64,000 bases of DNA from an uncultured Planctomycetia bacterium (GCA_964642015.1 CAZXLF010000002.1:287678-351677), one strand, 5' to 3'; shown: positions 11,349 to 24,332, numbered from the stretch's first letter. Translations and numbers: made by a program. Notes: a model not told the origin generated them from the sequence alone.

Positions 11349-12533
11349 ATGCAAGAAGCAAACCGGTTAAAAAGACTGCCGCTTTATCTTTTCACGATCA
11401 TCGATGAGTTGAAAAAGCGCGCCAGAGAAAAAGGTGTCGATGTCATTGATTTTGGGATGGGCAGTCCCGACCAGCCGACGCCGCGCCACATCGTGGATAA
11501 ATTATGCGAATCCGCGCAGATCACTGAAAATCACCGTTATTCTAGAGCGGACGGAGACGTTGAAAGAAGATTAAGACAGACGATCGCCAATTGGTACAAC
11601 CGCCATTTTGGTGTGAAACTCGACCCTAATACAGAAGTGCTTCCGTTGATCGGCTCGAAAGAAGGTATCGCGCATCTGTCGCTAGCGTACCTCAATAATG
11701 ATGATATTGCTTTGGTGCCGAATCCCGCCTATCCGGTGCACTTTAACGGCGTCATCATGGCCGGAGGGATCCTTTATAATATTCCCATTTCAGCAGAGAA
11801 TGGTTTCTTGCCGGATCTGAATTCTGTTCCCAAAGAAGTTGTTAAAATGGCAAAGCTGATGTTTATCAGCTATCCTCACAATCCAACTGGAGCGGTGTGC
11901 GACATCAAATTCTATGAAAAAGTAGTAGATTGGGCCAAAGGTAAAAATATTATTGTCGCGTCCGATCTGACCTATTCTGATATCGTATTCGACGGTTTTA
12001 AAGCACCAAGCTTTTTACAGGTCAAAGGCGCGAGGGATTTCGGGATAGAGTTCCATACTTTGTCCAAATCTTACAACATGGCTGGGTGGCGCATTGGTTT
12101 TGTTGTTGGCAATGCGGATATACTTAAAACGCTTGCGAAGACCAAAAGTTATCTTGATTTCGGGATCTTCCGCGCTGTTCAAGAGGCAGCGATCGCAGCT
12201 CTTGACGGTCCTCAGGACTGCGTGGCAAACATGGTCAAGTTGTATAAAGAAAGGCGCGATGTGTTGGTCGACGGTTTGAATGAGATCGGTTGGAAAACCG
12301 AGAAACCCAAAGCCACATTTTATGTATGGACGCGCATCCCGCATAAATATTCGGCATTGACAGCGCTAGAATTCGCGACGCTCATGGTAGACGAGATCGG
12401 GGTCGCTGTTGCGCCTGGTACCGGTTTTGGCGAATACGGAGAAGGTTATGTACGCTTCGCGCTCGTCGAACCTGTCGATCGTATTAAAATTGCGCTTAAA
12501 CAGATCAAAAAACTTCTGGAAGCCAAAGCTTAG
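11349..12533 (+). CDS. dapL: LL-diaminopimelate aminotransferase-like class I/II aminotransferase
   Basis: LIGSKEGIAH, YPHNPTG, EFHTLSKSYNMAGWRIG, PGTGFGEYGEGYVRFAL. Confidence 0.75.
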   Translation: MQEANRLKRLPLYLFTIIDELKKRAREKGVDVIDFGMGSPDQPTPRHIVDKLCESAQITENHRYSRADGDVERRLRQTIANWYNRHFGVKLDPNTEVLPLIGSKEGIAHLSLAYLNNDDIALVPNPAYPVHFNGVIMAGGILYNIPISAENGFLPDLNSVPKEVVKMAKLMFISYPHNPTGAVCDIKFYEKVVDWAKGKNIIVASDLTYSDIVFDGFKAPSFLQVKGARDFGIEFHTLSKSYNMAGWRIGFVVGNADILKTLAKTKSYLDFGIFRAVQEAAIAALDGPQDCVANMVKLYKERRDVLVDGLNEIGWKTEKPKATFYVWTRIPHKYSALTALEFATLMVDEIGVAVAPGTGFGEYGEGYVRFALVEPVDRIKIALKQIKKLLEAKA

Positions 12534-12538
12534 CCGTA

Positions 12539-13237
12539 ATGGCGACTTTGACCAACGCCGATTGTCTTGTCATTATCCCCGCCTACAATGCAGAGAGGGA
12601 TATTTCTGAATTAATTCAAGCGATCAGAGCATTTGGTTTCACAGTTCTTGTTATCGACGACGGATCAAAAGATGCGACCGCCGCAAAGGCTGAAAAAGCC
12701 GGCGCGACCGTTTTGATCTCAAAAGTCAACCAAGGCAAAGGCGCAGCGCTGAGGCGCGGTTTTGACTGGTTTCTTAAACAAAATTATTCCGCGGCCATTA
12801 TCATGGATTCCGACGGACAGCATGATCCGAAGGAATTAAGATTGTTTATCGATGCTCTAGGTCAAAATGACGGCCAGGTTTTTATCGGGAATCGTCTGGA
12901 CGATTCAAAAAATATGCCCTGGATCCGAAAGGCGACCAATCGTTTCATGTCTTGGATCGTTTCCTCTGTGGCTAAGCAAAGCATCCCTGATTCTCAATGC
13001 GGTTATCGAGCGATCAAACGCGAAGTCCTGGAAAAGATCTCTCTGACGACTTGCCGTTTTGAAATAGATTCCGAGATTCTTTTTGAGACGGCCCGTGCGG
13101 GATTCAAAATAATATCCGTTCCTATTCGCTGTGTGTACCGGAACGAAAAAAGTCATATCAATCCTTTCCGGGATACGATCCGATTTTTTAGATTTCTTTT
13201 TGGCTATATTTCACAGCCCGTATCAAAGACTGGGTGA
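12539..13237 (+). CDS. Glycosyltransferase family 2 (DPM1-like)
   Basis: IIPAYN, IDDGSKD, NQGKGAAL, MDSDGQH, DSQCGYR. Confidence 0.92.
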   Translation: MATLTNADCLVIIPAYNAERDISELIQAIRAFGFTVLVIDDGSKDATAAKAEKAGATVLISKVNQGKGAALRRGFDWFLKQNYSAAIIMDSDGQHDPKELRLFIDALGQNDGQVFIGNRLDDSKNMPWIRKATNRFMSWIVSSVAKQSIPDSQCGYRAIKREVLEKISLTTCRFEIDSEILFETARAGFKIISVPIRCVYRNEKSHINPFRDTIRFFRFLFGYISQPVSKTG

Positions 13238-13842
13238 TAAAGGTGAAGCCGCGCATTTTTAAATCCGCGCTTATTTTGGGATTCTTTCTTATTTTATCTG
13301 GACAGGCGAGTCTTGTCGCGGCACCTTCCACGGTTCCAACACAGGATGACTGGAAGGTTTATAAGAAGCAAGATTTTCATTTTGAATTTAAAGCCCCCGC
13401 AGGATCTTTCGGCGATGAAAATATTGATGCGACTCCGGGTTGGTTTATAGCCTCTGGAGCATTTGCGGATATTTTGGTGATGCCTGAAAAAGAAACGGTC
13501 GACCGCGCTGGCGCCCGCGTCCACTCCGCTAGCGCTGTATTCTATGCGGAGATCTTGATCAATGACGCAGTCAAATATGATAATGAAAAAGACGACCAAT
13601 TCGTCAAAGCAATCATTGAAAATATTTCGGTCAAGGATGGAGAAGGCCTGAAACTCACGATCGTTTATGATTTTGGAAACGCGCCGTGCGTGAGTCAGCC
13701 GGATGAAGAACCGTGCCCGTCCAGCGTTGAAACTTATTATATTTTTTACAAAGCACCTTATGTTTATCAGTTTTCTCTGCATGACGGCGCTGACAGCAAG
13801 ACCATGGATTCGATTGCTTCGACGTTTACATTTCTTTCCTAA
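13234..13842 (+). CDS. Hypothetical exported protein (possible PsbP-like fold)
   Basis: N-terminal signal-like segment; WKVY...FHFEFKAP start and ...IASTFTF end resemble PsbP-related proteins. Confidence 0.55.
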   Translation: MIKVKPRIFKSALILGFFLILSGQASLVAAPSTVPTQDDWKVYKKQDFHFEFKAPAGSFGDENIDATPGWFIASGAFADILVMPEKETVDRAGARVHSASAVFYAEILINDAVKYDNEKDDQFVKAIIENISVKDGEGLKLTIVYDFGNAPCVSQPDEEPCPSSVETYYIFYKAPYVYQFSLHDGADSKTMDSIASTFTFLS

Positions 13843-13854
13843 AAAGCGTTTTGC

Positions 13855-13883
13855 TTGACAAACCAAAGCATCAAGCATAAACT
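13855..13883 (+). promoter_or_regulatory. Sigma70-type promoter for the riboswitch/receptor transcript
   Basis: TTGACA-17 nt-TAAACT. Confidence 0.7.
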
Positions 13884-13906
13884 TACACGCGACAACTGAA
13901 TATACG

Positions 13907-14153
13907 AAGATAGTGGTTACCCTTAACCGGGTATTCCGCCACAAAGCGTGGCGGACCCGCCAAGAAATTTGGCGGAGAAAAGGGAAGGCTGTGATCCGCG
14001 TGACGCGGAGAATCAGACACGGTCCCGCCGCTGTAACCCCGTCTTTTTCCGAAAGGAAAAAGAAACCGATTGGTGATATCAGGCCACTGTCCGCTTCGAG
14101 CGGATGGGAAGGCGGACCAAAAGGCGGGGGAGTCAGAAGACCTGCCCTATCTT
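13907..14153 (+). ncRNA. Cobalamin (B12) riboswitch
   Basis: Ordered motifs AAAGGGAA, CGGTCCCGCCGCTGTAA, GCCACTG...GGGAAGGC, AGTCAGAAGACCTGCC; P1 AAGATAG/CTATCTT; upstream of a TonB-dependent receptor. Confidence 0.92.
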
Positions 14154-14232
14154 GCGAAAAACATACGTTTCTTTTCGAGGCCGAAAGAATCGTCTATTTT
14201 TTTCTTAAGGGGCCATGAAATCCAGGACTTGC

Positions 14233-14277
14233 ACCCTTAAAAACTGCGAAATGCGGTTTTTAAGGGTTTTTTGTTTT
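14233..14277 (+). terminator. Riboswitch expression-platform terminator
   Basis: ACCCTTAAAAACTGC-gaaat-GCGGTTTTTAAGGGT stem plus T run, between aptamer and ATG 14290. Confidence 0.8.
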
Positions 14278-14289
14278 AAAGGAACCCCT

Positions 14290-16464
14290 ATGACACACAA
14301 AACGATCGTATCCATCCTTCTTCTTTTCTTCGGGATCTCCGGTATTGTCAGCGCTGACACATCGAGCAATGACACGACCAAAAATAATAAACCGCAATTG
14401 AATATCGTCAAAGACGCGCTTGACCTTCCCTTTAAAGCTGCGCAAGGCGTTGTCGGCACCGTATTCGATCTTGGCAGCATTGCCGTCGGCGGTAAACGGC
14501 TTGGGAGCCCATTCCATGAATTTGTTACGAGTAGTGAAAGTTCGACAAGCGTTGTGACAAAAGAGGATATTGAATTATCCGGAGCCAAAAATGTGCCTGA
14601 AGCCCTTGGCGAAACTCCCGGCGTGATCTTATCGGACCTCGTCGGCAACGGTGAAGAGCCCACACTTGATTATCGCGGATTTAACGAAGGACAGGATTTT
14701 ACATTTTTACTCGACGGCGTGCGTTTGAACGAGCCGAAATCGAACAATATTAATTTTCCGCTGATACCTGTGAGCCTTATCGATAGGATCGAAGTGAGCC
14801 GCGGAGGCGCTTCATTTCTTTACGGAGAGGGTTCTATGGGAGGCGTCGCTAATATCGTGGGGCTTTTTCCAAAAGAGAACGGTTTCCATGCGGGCATCAA
14901 ATCGCTTGTAGGGAGTTTTGATGAATGGGGAGAAAATATCGATGTCAGCGCCAAACAAAATGGCATAGGTGTTTTTATGACAGGCGATACTTATCATACT
15001 GCTGGATTTCGTCAGAATACTTCGGTGGAAAAACAGGATTTTTACACGAAATTGGTCTGGGATATTTCTGACAAGGCGCAAGTGGGAATGACCTATCTTT
15101 ATGCCAATGCGGACCTGGACCGTTCAGGTAGCATTCGCGAGACGTATCTCAGAATGTTCGGCAGAGAAGCGACGGAACGGCCGAGAAATTTTGCTGACCT
15201 TGATTCGAACCTTGGGATCATAGATCTTAGTCTTAAACCGATCGACAGTGTGGCGCTGACTGGCAATTTGTATCTGCGCAGAAGCACCGAGCTTTCGGTG
15301 GCAAATTTTGCTACGTTCGACACCAACGATAATTTGTTGGATTTGGATATCAATACGTGGGGGTTCACGCTTCAGGCTGATCACTCGAAAGAGGTTATCT
15401 GGGACATTACGGAAGGTTTTCTGGTCGGAGCGGACTATGCGAATAATGACATCGACGAAGAGGACTATAATCGCTCCAAGGCAACTTTGCAGACGCTTGA
15501 TAAGACTGTGGACGCGAAATCCCGCAAGGAAGCGGCCGGTGTTTTTTCGAAAGTATCCTTATCCTGGAATGATCGGGCCGGTGCTTATTACGGCATCCGT
15601 TATGACGATATTCATTTCCATAACAACGATCTGATTAATTTGGATAATAACCAGCCCAGTGAGATTTCTAAGGTGAGCCAGTCTCTCGGCACTTCCTATC
15701 AGTTGTTCCAGCCGTTAGCGCTTTCAGCGACATACAGCCATTCGTTCAGATCTCCGACAATAGCCGATCTGTATGCCAACCCGCTTTTCGGAGGAAACCC
15801 GGCGTTGAAACCTGAAGAATCCTCGGATTATGAAGTCGGTGCAAAATGGCATCAGGATAAACTACTAGCATCTACGACTTTATTTCTTGACCGCAGAGTG
15901 AATGAAATTGGTTTTGATCCAAACCTTACTGATTCGACGCATCTTTTCGGAAGGAACAATAATCTCGGAAAAACTGAACGCGTTGGCGTGGAAAATTTTG
16001 TTGAGTCAAAGATAACTTCATGGGCCCGTTTACGAGGAAGCCATACCTACACCGAAGCTATCTTTAAATCGAATACTGCGACAGCCCAGATCAGTGGCGA
16101 CCATATTCCGATGGTTCCTAGAAATCGGTTCACAACAAGTTTACTGATCCAACCGGTGGCAGATCTTGACCTGAATCTAAGCATGGTCTCTGTATCCAAA
16201 CAAGTTCTGACCAATGATCTGACCAACGATCGCAATGGTGAGCGGCTACCTAGTTATACCGTATTTAATTTCAAAACGATCTACCGGTTTAAAGGTTGGG
16301 CTTTTTCGTTCGAAATAAGGAACCTGTTCGATGAGCAGTATGAGATCGGTGGGAGCATCGGCGCGCCGCCTTCAGCGTTCAATACGGATCACACTGTGGA
16401 GGACAATTTTTTCGTTCCTGCTCCGGGCCGTAGTTATCGGGGAACGGCTAGCTATTCCTGGTAA
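14290..16464 (+). CDS. TonB-dependent outer membrane receptor, probably for cobalamin (BtuB-like)
   Basis: Signal peptide from ATG 14290; plug motifs IDRIEVSRGGASFLYGEGSMGGVANI; NPALKPEES, RNLFDEQY, PGRSY, C-terminal W; B12 riboswitch upstream. Confidence 0.9.
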   Translation: MTHKTIVSILLLFFGISGIVSADTSSNDTTKNNKPQLNIVKDALDLPFKAAQGVVGTVFDLGSIAVGGKRLGSPFHEFVTSSESSTSVVTKEDIELSGAKNVPEALGETPGVILSDLVGNGEEPTLDYRGFNEGQDFTFLLDGVRLNEPKSNNINFPLIPVSLIDRIEVSRGGASFLYGEGSMGGVANIVGLFPKENGFHAGIKSLVGSFDEWGENIDVSAKQNGIGVFMTGDTYHTAGFRQNTSVEKQDFYTKLVWDISDKAQVGMTYLYANADLDRSGSIRETYLRMFGREATERPRNFADLDSNLGIIDLSLKPIDSVALTGNLYLRRSTELSVANFATFDTNDNLLDLDINTWGFTLQADHSKEVIWDITEGFLVGADYANNDIDEEDYNRSKATLQTLDKTVDAKSRKEAAGVFSKVSLSWNDRAGAYYGIRYDDIHFHNNDLINLDNNQPSEISKVSQSLGTSYQLFQPLALSATYSHSFRSPTIADLYANPLFGGNPALKPEESSDYEVGAKWHQDKLLASTTLFLDRRVNEIGFDPNLTDSTHLFGRNNNLGKTERVGVENFVESKITSWARLRGSHTYTEAIFKSNTATAQISGDHIPMVPRNRFTTSLLIQPVADLDLNLSMVSVSKQVLTNDLTNDRNGERLPSYTVFNFKTIYRFKGWAFSFEIRNLFDEQYEIGGSIGAPPSAFNTDHTVEDNFFVPAPGRSYRGTASYSW

Positions 16465-16514
16465 AGCAATTCGTTTGCAGTCTGATAGGCGCTTGTCTAT
16501 AATAAAGGCAGATT

Positions 16515-17165
16515 ATGCCTTTTAAGACCACCGCTTTAGCCTTTATAGCCTCGCTGGCCGCGCATGCGCTTGTTGTGGCGTCCTTGGACCCGTCTTTTTG
16601 GGAAAATAAGGACATCAGTGACCGGCTTGTCGACATTTCCTATGTTCGTTACAAAGAAGATGTTCCGAATTATCAGCAGCTCAAATATCCGCCCGTTGTA
16701 AGGAATCCAAGCAAAGTAAAAAAACCTCAGATCGAAGCCCAGGTTTTAGAACAACATCGAGAGATCTCGCCGCTTAAAACCCAACCGTTACCTGCCGCAC
16801 CGGTTCTGGCACCTATCAGTCTTCCCAGAACAGGGAGCAGTGAGGAACTTGTAAGCGACCCGCACAAGGGCAAGGTTTTTTTGAACTATTTCGGACTGAT
16901 CAAACAAAGGGTGCGGCGCGTCGTGGAGAGGAAATATCCCGGCGAACAAATGGAGCACGGCGATGTTTCACTGATGTTCGTGCTGAAATCCGATGGTACG
17001 CTGGTCAACGTTTCCGCCGTTGAAAAAGATTCAAGCGCTGATGAGGTGATGAAAGACTTTGCAATACGGTGTGTCAAAGAGTGTGCGCCGTTCCCTCATT
17101 TTCCGAAAGAACTTGATATGGAAAGGATTTCCTTCAACCTCTCGATCTTGTTCGACGAATCCTGA
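16515..17165 (+). CDS. TonB/TolA family protein with C-terminal TonB_2-like domain
   Basis: N-terminal TM with SLAAH, Pro-rich linker, C-terminal V.LMFVLKSDG...APFPHFP. Confidence 0.75.
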   Translation: MPFKTTALAFIASLAAHALVVASLDPSFWENKDISDRLVDISYVRYKEDVPNYQQLKYPPVVRNPSKVKKPQIEAQVLEQHREISPLKTQPLPAAPVLAPISLPRTGSSEELVSDPHKGKVFLNYFGLIKQRVRRVVERKYPGEQMEHGDVSLMFVLKSDGTLVNVSAVEKDSSADEVMKDFAIRCVKECAPFPHFPKELDMERISFNLSILFDES

Positions 17166-17168
17166 TCC

Positions 17169-19109
17169 ATGTCAAAAAATAAGTCAAAGAAGAAAATTCC
17201 ACGGGCTGTAAGCCTGCCAAAAAAGAATCCTTCCAATTTTCCAATTATATTCGCTTTGGTGTTGGGCCTAGCCGTCCGAGTGTTTTATCTTATTTTTTCT
17301 CAGAAAAGCCCGTTTTACGAACCGCTTCTTTTGGATCCGGCCTACTATCACCAGTGGGCGCAGAGGATCCTGAACGGTGATTGGGTAGGCGATCCCGTTT
17401 TTTACGGATTGCCGCTGTATCCTTTCTTTTTGGCGCTTTGTTACAAAGTTTTCAATGGCTCATTATTAGCCGTAAAGATCATTCAAGCGGCGCTTGGGAT
17501 TGTCACATTGTTTTTTATTTACAAGATCGGCGAGAAGATCGCTTCCCGGATAGTCGGAATCATCGCCGTATTTTTAGCGGCGCTTTATGGGCCGCTGTTT
17601 TTTCATGAAGGAATTCTTATTCCGGAAGCGTTAAGTCTCCCGCTTTATGCGATAAGTTTTTATCTTGCTGTCTCCTTTGAAGAAGAACCAACGTTTAGAA
17701 AAGGCGTGCTGTTGGGTTTGTCTTGCGGTTTGGCGGCGCTGACGAAAGCAGGCATCATCCCATTCGTGTTTATTTTTATTGGTTTAAATCTGATCCGAGA
17801 AATAAAAGGAAAGAAAGGGATGTATACCGCGATTTTTTCTATGCTCGCAGTTTTTCTTTTAACGCTTGTTCCGGTGACTTTGCACAATTTTATTTTAGGA
17901 AAAGACAGAGTGCTTTTGACCTCGCATTCCGGGTTTAATTTTTATATTGGCAATAACCCAAAAGCCGAGGGCGTTTTCACCGCGCCTGAAGGTGTGGGTT
18001 CGAATGTCGAATCCCAGATAGCGGATTCAAAAGCCGTAGCTGAAAAGGAACTTGGCAGAGAGCTTAAGCCGTCGGAAGTGTCCAAATACTGGTCCGACAA
18101 GGCGTGGGATTATATCAAAAATAATTCCGTAGATTTTTTAAGGCTGTGTCTAAGAAAAGTGGCGCTGTTTTTTGATGCCAGAGAAATATCTGACGTCGAC
18201 GACTATGTTTTTTGCGCTATTTTTAACCCGGCACTTCGCGTCCCATGGCTCAATTTTTCTATTTTAGGTCCGCTGTTTTTGCTCGGCTCATTGGTTTCAT
18301 TCGCGTTATTGCGGCATAAACCCTTGATCTATTCATGGACATTGTCTTACCTGGCGGGGATCATTTTATTCTTTGTGAACGCCCGCTATCGTTTGCCTCT
18401 TTTGAGCATTATGTTTCCGGTGGCTGCTGTAGCTGTTGTGGACCTTTACGAAAAAGCCAAAAACAAAGCGTGGTTTGGTCTTGGTTTGCGGATCGCCGTT
18501 TTGCTCTTAGGGATCGCTCTGACGCAAGCAAGGCTGGTCGGTATCGATCGCGCGCATGATTATGTAAATGCCGGTGACGCAGAATCCATCAAGAGCGATT
18601 ATGATCAAGCCGAATCGCTTTATAGAGAAGCGCTTAAAATAGACCCTCAATTCGTGAAGGCCAATCAGGCCATGGGGGTTTTATTAAGCCGGTTGGGGAA
18701 AACTGATGAAGCGATGGAATATTATCAAAAAGCGCTTCAAGAAGACCCTAACAATTATCAATCGCACAATAATATAGGACTTTGGTATGACAAAGAAGGA
18801 AACCTGGTCGAAGCAAAAAACCATTTTTTGAAAGCGATCGAATTAAAACCTACCTCTTCCCAGGCGCATAACAACCTGGGTATGGTCTATGGCAAAGAGG
18901 GTGAAGCTGAGAAAGCGGTGAAGGAGTTTGAAACCTCGTTAAAGCTGGATCCTAATAACGCAAGAACTGAAACTAACTTAGGGTTGGTTTTATACCATGT
19001 AGGTAAGATCGATCAGGCAAAAGAAGCATGGGAATCGGCGCTTAAGATCGACCCGGGATTTGAATTAGCCAAGAAAGCTTTAACTTTGCTAAAGGAGAGA
19101 CAATCTTAG
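17169..19109 (+). CDS. Membrane GT-C/PMT-like glycosyltransferase with C-terminal TPR repeats
   Basis: DPAYYHQWA, PLYPFFLA, multiple TMs, NFYIGNNP, RYRLP; about 5 TPRs (AHNNLG..Y). Confidence 0.8.
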   Translation: MSKNKSKKKIPRAVSLPKKNPSNFPIIFALVLGLAVRVFYLIFSQKSPFYEPLLLDPAYYHQWAQRILNGDWVGDPVFYGLPLYPFFLALCYKVFNGSLLAVKIIQAALGIVTLFFIYKIGEKIASRIVGIIAVFLAALYGPLFFHEGILIPEALSLPLYAISFYLAVSFEEEPTFRKGVLLGLSCGLAALTKAGIIPFVFIFIGLNLIREIKGKKGMYTAIFSMLAVFLLTLVPVTLHNFILGKDRVLLTSHSGFNFYIGNNPKAEGVFTAPEGVGSNVESQIADSKAVAEKELGRELKPSEVSKYWSDKAWDYIKNNSVDFLRLCLRKVALFFDAREISDVDDYVFCAIFNPALRVPWLNFSILGPLFLLGSLVSFALLRHKPLIYSWTLSYLAGIILFFVNARYRLPLLSIMFPVAAVAVVDLYEKAKNKAWFGLGLRIAVLLLGIALTQARLVGIDRAHDYVNAGDAESIKSDYDQAESLYREALKIDPQFVKANQAMGVLLSRLGKTDEAMEYYQKALQEDPNNYQSHNNIGLWYDKEGNLVEAKNHFLKAIELKPTSSQAHNNLGMVYGKEGEAEKAVKEFETSLKLDPNNARTETNLGLVLYHVGKIDQAKEAWESALKIDPGFELAKKALTLLKERQS

Positions 19110-19118
19110 AGTTGGATA

Positions 19119-19147
19119 TGGACATAAATCTTTAAAAAAGTTATAAT
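19119..19147 (+). promoter_or_regulatory. Sigma70-type promoter of the gap operon
   Basis: TGGACA-17 nt-TATAAT. Confidence 0.65.
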
Positions 19148-19150
19148 TAA

Positions 19151-20272
<1,122 letters not shown>

Positions 20273-20275
20273 TCT

Positions 20276-21474
<1,199 letters not shown>

Positions 21475-21478
<4 letters not shown>

Positions 21479-22257
21479 GTCATTCCGCACGAAAAACGCT
21501 GATCGCCGGAAATTGGAAGCTTAACAAGACCATTCGCGAAGCGATCGATCTGGTTACTCTGCTCAAACGTCAACTGGGAGACCTTCAAAACGTCGATATT
21601 GTGGTTTGCCCTCCTTACACGGCTTTAAGTGAAGCGGCCGAGATCCTTTCCGAATCCGATATTCAATTGGGAGCACAGGATCTTTACTGGGAAGAGAAAG
21701 GCGCTTTTACCGGCGAAATCTCGGGTAGCATGATCAAAGAGGCCGGAGCGCAGTTTGTGATCATCGGCCATTCCGAACGCCGGCAATTTTTCCATGAAAC
21801 CAACGAAACGGTGAACAAAAAAACCAAAGCCGCGCTGAAGAATAATCTGACACCGATCGTATGCGTGGGCGAGATGCTTTCCGAGCGCGAAAACGGAAAA
21901 ACTTTTCAGATCATTCAATCGCAGTTCGCCGGCGCTTTTTCGCATTTTACAGCCGAGGAAATGAAAAAGCTTGTAATCGCTTATGAACCGGTTTGGGCCA
22001 TTGGGACCGGTAAGGTAGCGACGCCTCAGCAGGCCGAAGAGGTTCATGCGTTCATCCGCAAAGAAATCTCAAAGGCTTTTGGCGATGAGGTCGCGGCAGG
22101 ATTGCGAATATTGTACGGCGGTAGCGTGAAACCTGACAATATTTCTAGTCTGATGAATGAACCGGATATCGATGGCGCTCTTGTAGGCGGCGCAAGTCTT
22201 GAGGCGGCGCAATTTTCCGATATTGTGAAACATGCGGCTACGGTCGCGATAAAATAA
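21475..22257 (+). CDS. tpiA: Triosephosphate isomerase
   Basis: AGNWK, GHSERR, AYEPVWAIGTG, YGGSV, LVGGASL. Confidence 0.98.
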
Positions 22258-22267
22258 AGAGGATAAA

Positions 22268-22729
22268 ATGCAGATTTTTTTGATCATTATTCATGTCATC
22301 GCATGTCTTTTCTTGATCGCCGTGATCCTTTTACAGGCCGGCCGCGGAGGCGGACTTTCTGATATTGCCGGCGGTTCTCAAGCTCAAAGTATTTTGGGAA
22401 CCGAAACGAATACTTTCATGAAGCGCCTTACCGAAATATTCGCGATCGTTTTTATCGTTACATCGCTTTCGCTTGGAATTATTTCAACGCATAAAGGCAA
22501 GTCGCTTATCGAGCAGAGAAGAATGGCTCAAAACCTGGGGAAGAAATTTCCTTTGCCTGTGCAATCTTCAGCATCTGAAGTTGCTGTCAAAGAATCTTCG
22601 CCTGGACCTGTGGCTGTCGCACCTATTGCTAAAGCTGAGTCCAAACCAGTTGCCGTTCCTGCGGCTCCGGCTGCTCCAGTGAGTGCAGCACCCGCGGCAA
22701 AAGCATCTCCAGAGGGTAATGCGAAATAA
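22268..22729 (+). CDS. secG: Preprotein translocase subunit SecG with Pro/Ala-rich tail
   Basis: Two TMs, ILLQAGRGGGLS; follows tpiA. Confidence 0.92.
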   Translation: MQIFLIIIHVIACLFLIAVILLQAGRGGGLSDIAGGSQAQSILGTETNTFMKRLTEIFAIVFIVTSLSLGIISTHKGKSLIEQRRMAQNLGKKFPLPVQSSASEVAVKESSPGPVAVAPIAKAESKPVAVPAAPAAPVSAAPAAKASPEGNAK

Positions 22730-24332
22730 AGGCGCTGCTTTTTTATCAGGCCTTTTCCTTTTTTTAGCAGTATTTATTAGTGATCAATCCAATCTTTATC
22801 CGGACGCACCCGTCTACGGTGATTCTTTTGTTGTTTCTTCGATAGGCGAGCCTTCAAATCTCATTCCTTTTTTTGCCAGCGACACAGCGTCCGCGGATAT
22901 TTCGTCGCTTATTTTTAACGGTTTGGTCAAATACGATAAAAATCTAAAGCTGGTCGGCGATTTGGCGGAAAGTTGGGATATTGCGGACAATGGTTTGCGT
23001 ATCATTTTTCATCTCCGAAAGAATGTGCTTTGGCAGGATGGCAAGCCGTTTACGGCCAAAGATGTCGAGTTCACCTTCAAAAAACTGACAGATCCTTCTG
23101 TGGCAACGCCGTACGGAGGGGATTTTGAAAAAGTGAAGTCAGTTAATGTCATTGATCCTTACACGGTCGAAGTGCTTTATAAGGAACCGTTTTCTCCTGG
23201 GTTGGCAAGCTGGGGCATGGGCATCGTTCCTGAGCATTTACTTGCGAATCAGGATCTTATGAGTACGGATTTTGTGCGCCATCCGATCGGTACAGGCCCT
23301 TACATTTTAAAAAAATGGAAAACCGGCGAAAAACTAGAGCTCGAAGCCAATCCTGTTTATTTCGAAGGAAAACCTTTCATCGATAGGTACATATATAGGA
23401 TAATTCCTGACCAAGCCACGACCTTTCTTGAGCTTGAAACTGAAAATCTAGACATGATGTCTTTGACGCCGCTGCAGGCAAAAAAACAGACAGACTCCTT
23501 ATTTTTTAGAACGAAATACAGGAAATTCAAATACCCCAGTTTCGGTTATGTCTATGTGGGGTACAACCTGGAAAACCCGTTGTTTGCCGATAAGAAAGTC
23601 CGCAAGGCCATTGGCATGGCGATCAATAAGCAGGAGATCGTGGATGTGTCGCTTTTAGGATTGGGTCATGTTGCCACGGGACCTTTTTTGCCAGGGACAT
23701 GGGCATATAATGACGATGTGAAGCCGTCATTATTCGATCCTGAAAAAGCCAGGCGATTGTTGGCTGAGGCGGGCTGGCGAGACACGGACGGCGACGGTAT
23801 TTTAGATAAGAACGGCAAAAAATTCTCTTTTACGATCTTGACCAATCAAGGCAATGACCAGCGAAAAATGGCCTGTGAGATGATCCAAAAGCGGTTAAAG
23901 GACGTCGGCATTGAGATGCATATCCAGATTGTGGAGTGGAGCACATTCCTTAAAGAATTTATTGATAAAAAAAGATTTGAAGCGGTTCTGTTGGCATGGC
24001 AACTCGGAAGAGAACCGGATTGCTTTGATATTTTTCATTCATCCAGAACAGCACCCGGAAATTTTAATTTTGTCTCTTACAAAAACGATGAAGTGGACCG
24101 GCTTTTGATTGAGGGAAGACGCGTATTTGAAGAGGATAAGCGGGTATTGATTTATCACCGCATCCATGAAATATTGAACGAGGATGAGCCGTATACTTTT
24201 CTTTATGTGCCGGATGCTGTTCCGATCGTGCATCAGAGGTTTAAAGGTATCGAATTAGCACCGGCCGGTATCGGTCACAATTTCATCAAATGGTACGTGC
24301 CTCAGGACGAGCAGAGATACAAACGGTCATGA
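22719..24332 (+). CDS. Peptide/nickel ABC transporter substrate-binding protein (family 5)
   Basis: GDLAESW, WQDGKPFTAKDVEFT, PIGTGPY; ATG 22719 followed by a signal peptide. Confidence 0.92.
   Translation: MRNKGAAFLSGLFLFLAVFISDQSNLYPDAPVYGDSFVVSSIGEPSNLIPFFASDTASADISSLIFNGLVKYDKNLKLVGDLAESWDIADNGLRIIFHLRKNVLWQDGKPFTAKDVEFTFKKLTDPSVATPYGGDFEKVKSVNVIDPYTVEVLYKEPFSPGLASWGMGIVPEHLLANQDLMSTDFVRHPIGTGPYILKKWKTGEKLELEANPVYFEGKPFIDRYIYRIIPDQATTFLELETENLDMMSLTPLQAKKQTDSLFFRTKYRKFKYPSFGYVYVGYNLENPLFADKKVRKAIGMAINKQEIVDVSLLGLGHVATGPFLPGTWAYNDDVKPSLFDPEKARRLLAEAGWRDTDGDGILDKNGKKFSFTILTNQGNDQRKMACEMIQKRLKDVGIEMHIQIVEWSTFLKEFIDKKRFEAVLLAWQLGREPDCFDIFHSSRTAPGNFNFVSYKNDEVDRLLIEGRRVFEEDKRVLIYHRIHEILNEDEPYTFLYVPDAVPIVHQRFKGIELAPAGIGHNFIKWYVPQDEQRYKRS

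Noticed and set aside
13913-14218. 101-aa ORF and the 14215 upstream start of the receptor
   Set aside because: The ORF overlaps the cobalamin riboswitch, and the extension crosses the terminator. ATG 14290 has an SD and begins a signal peptide.
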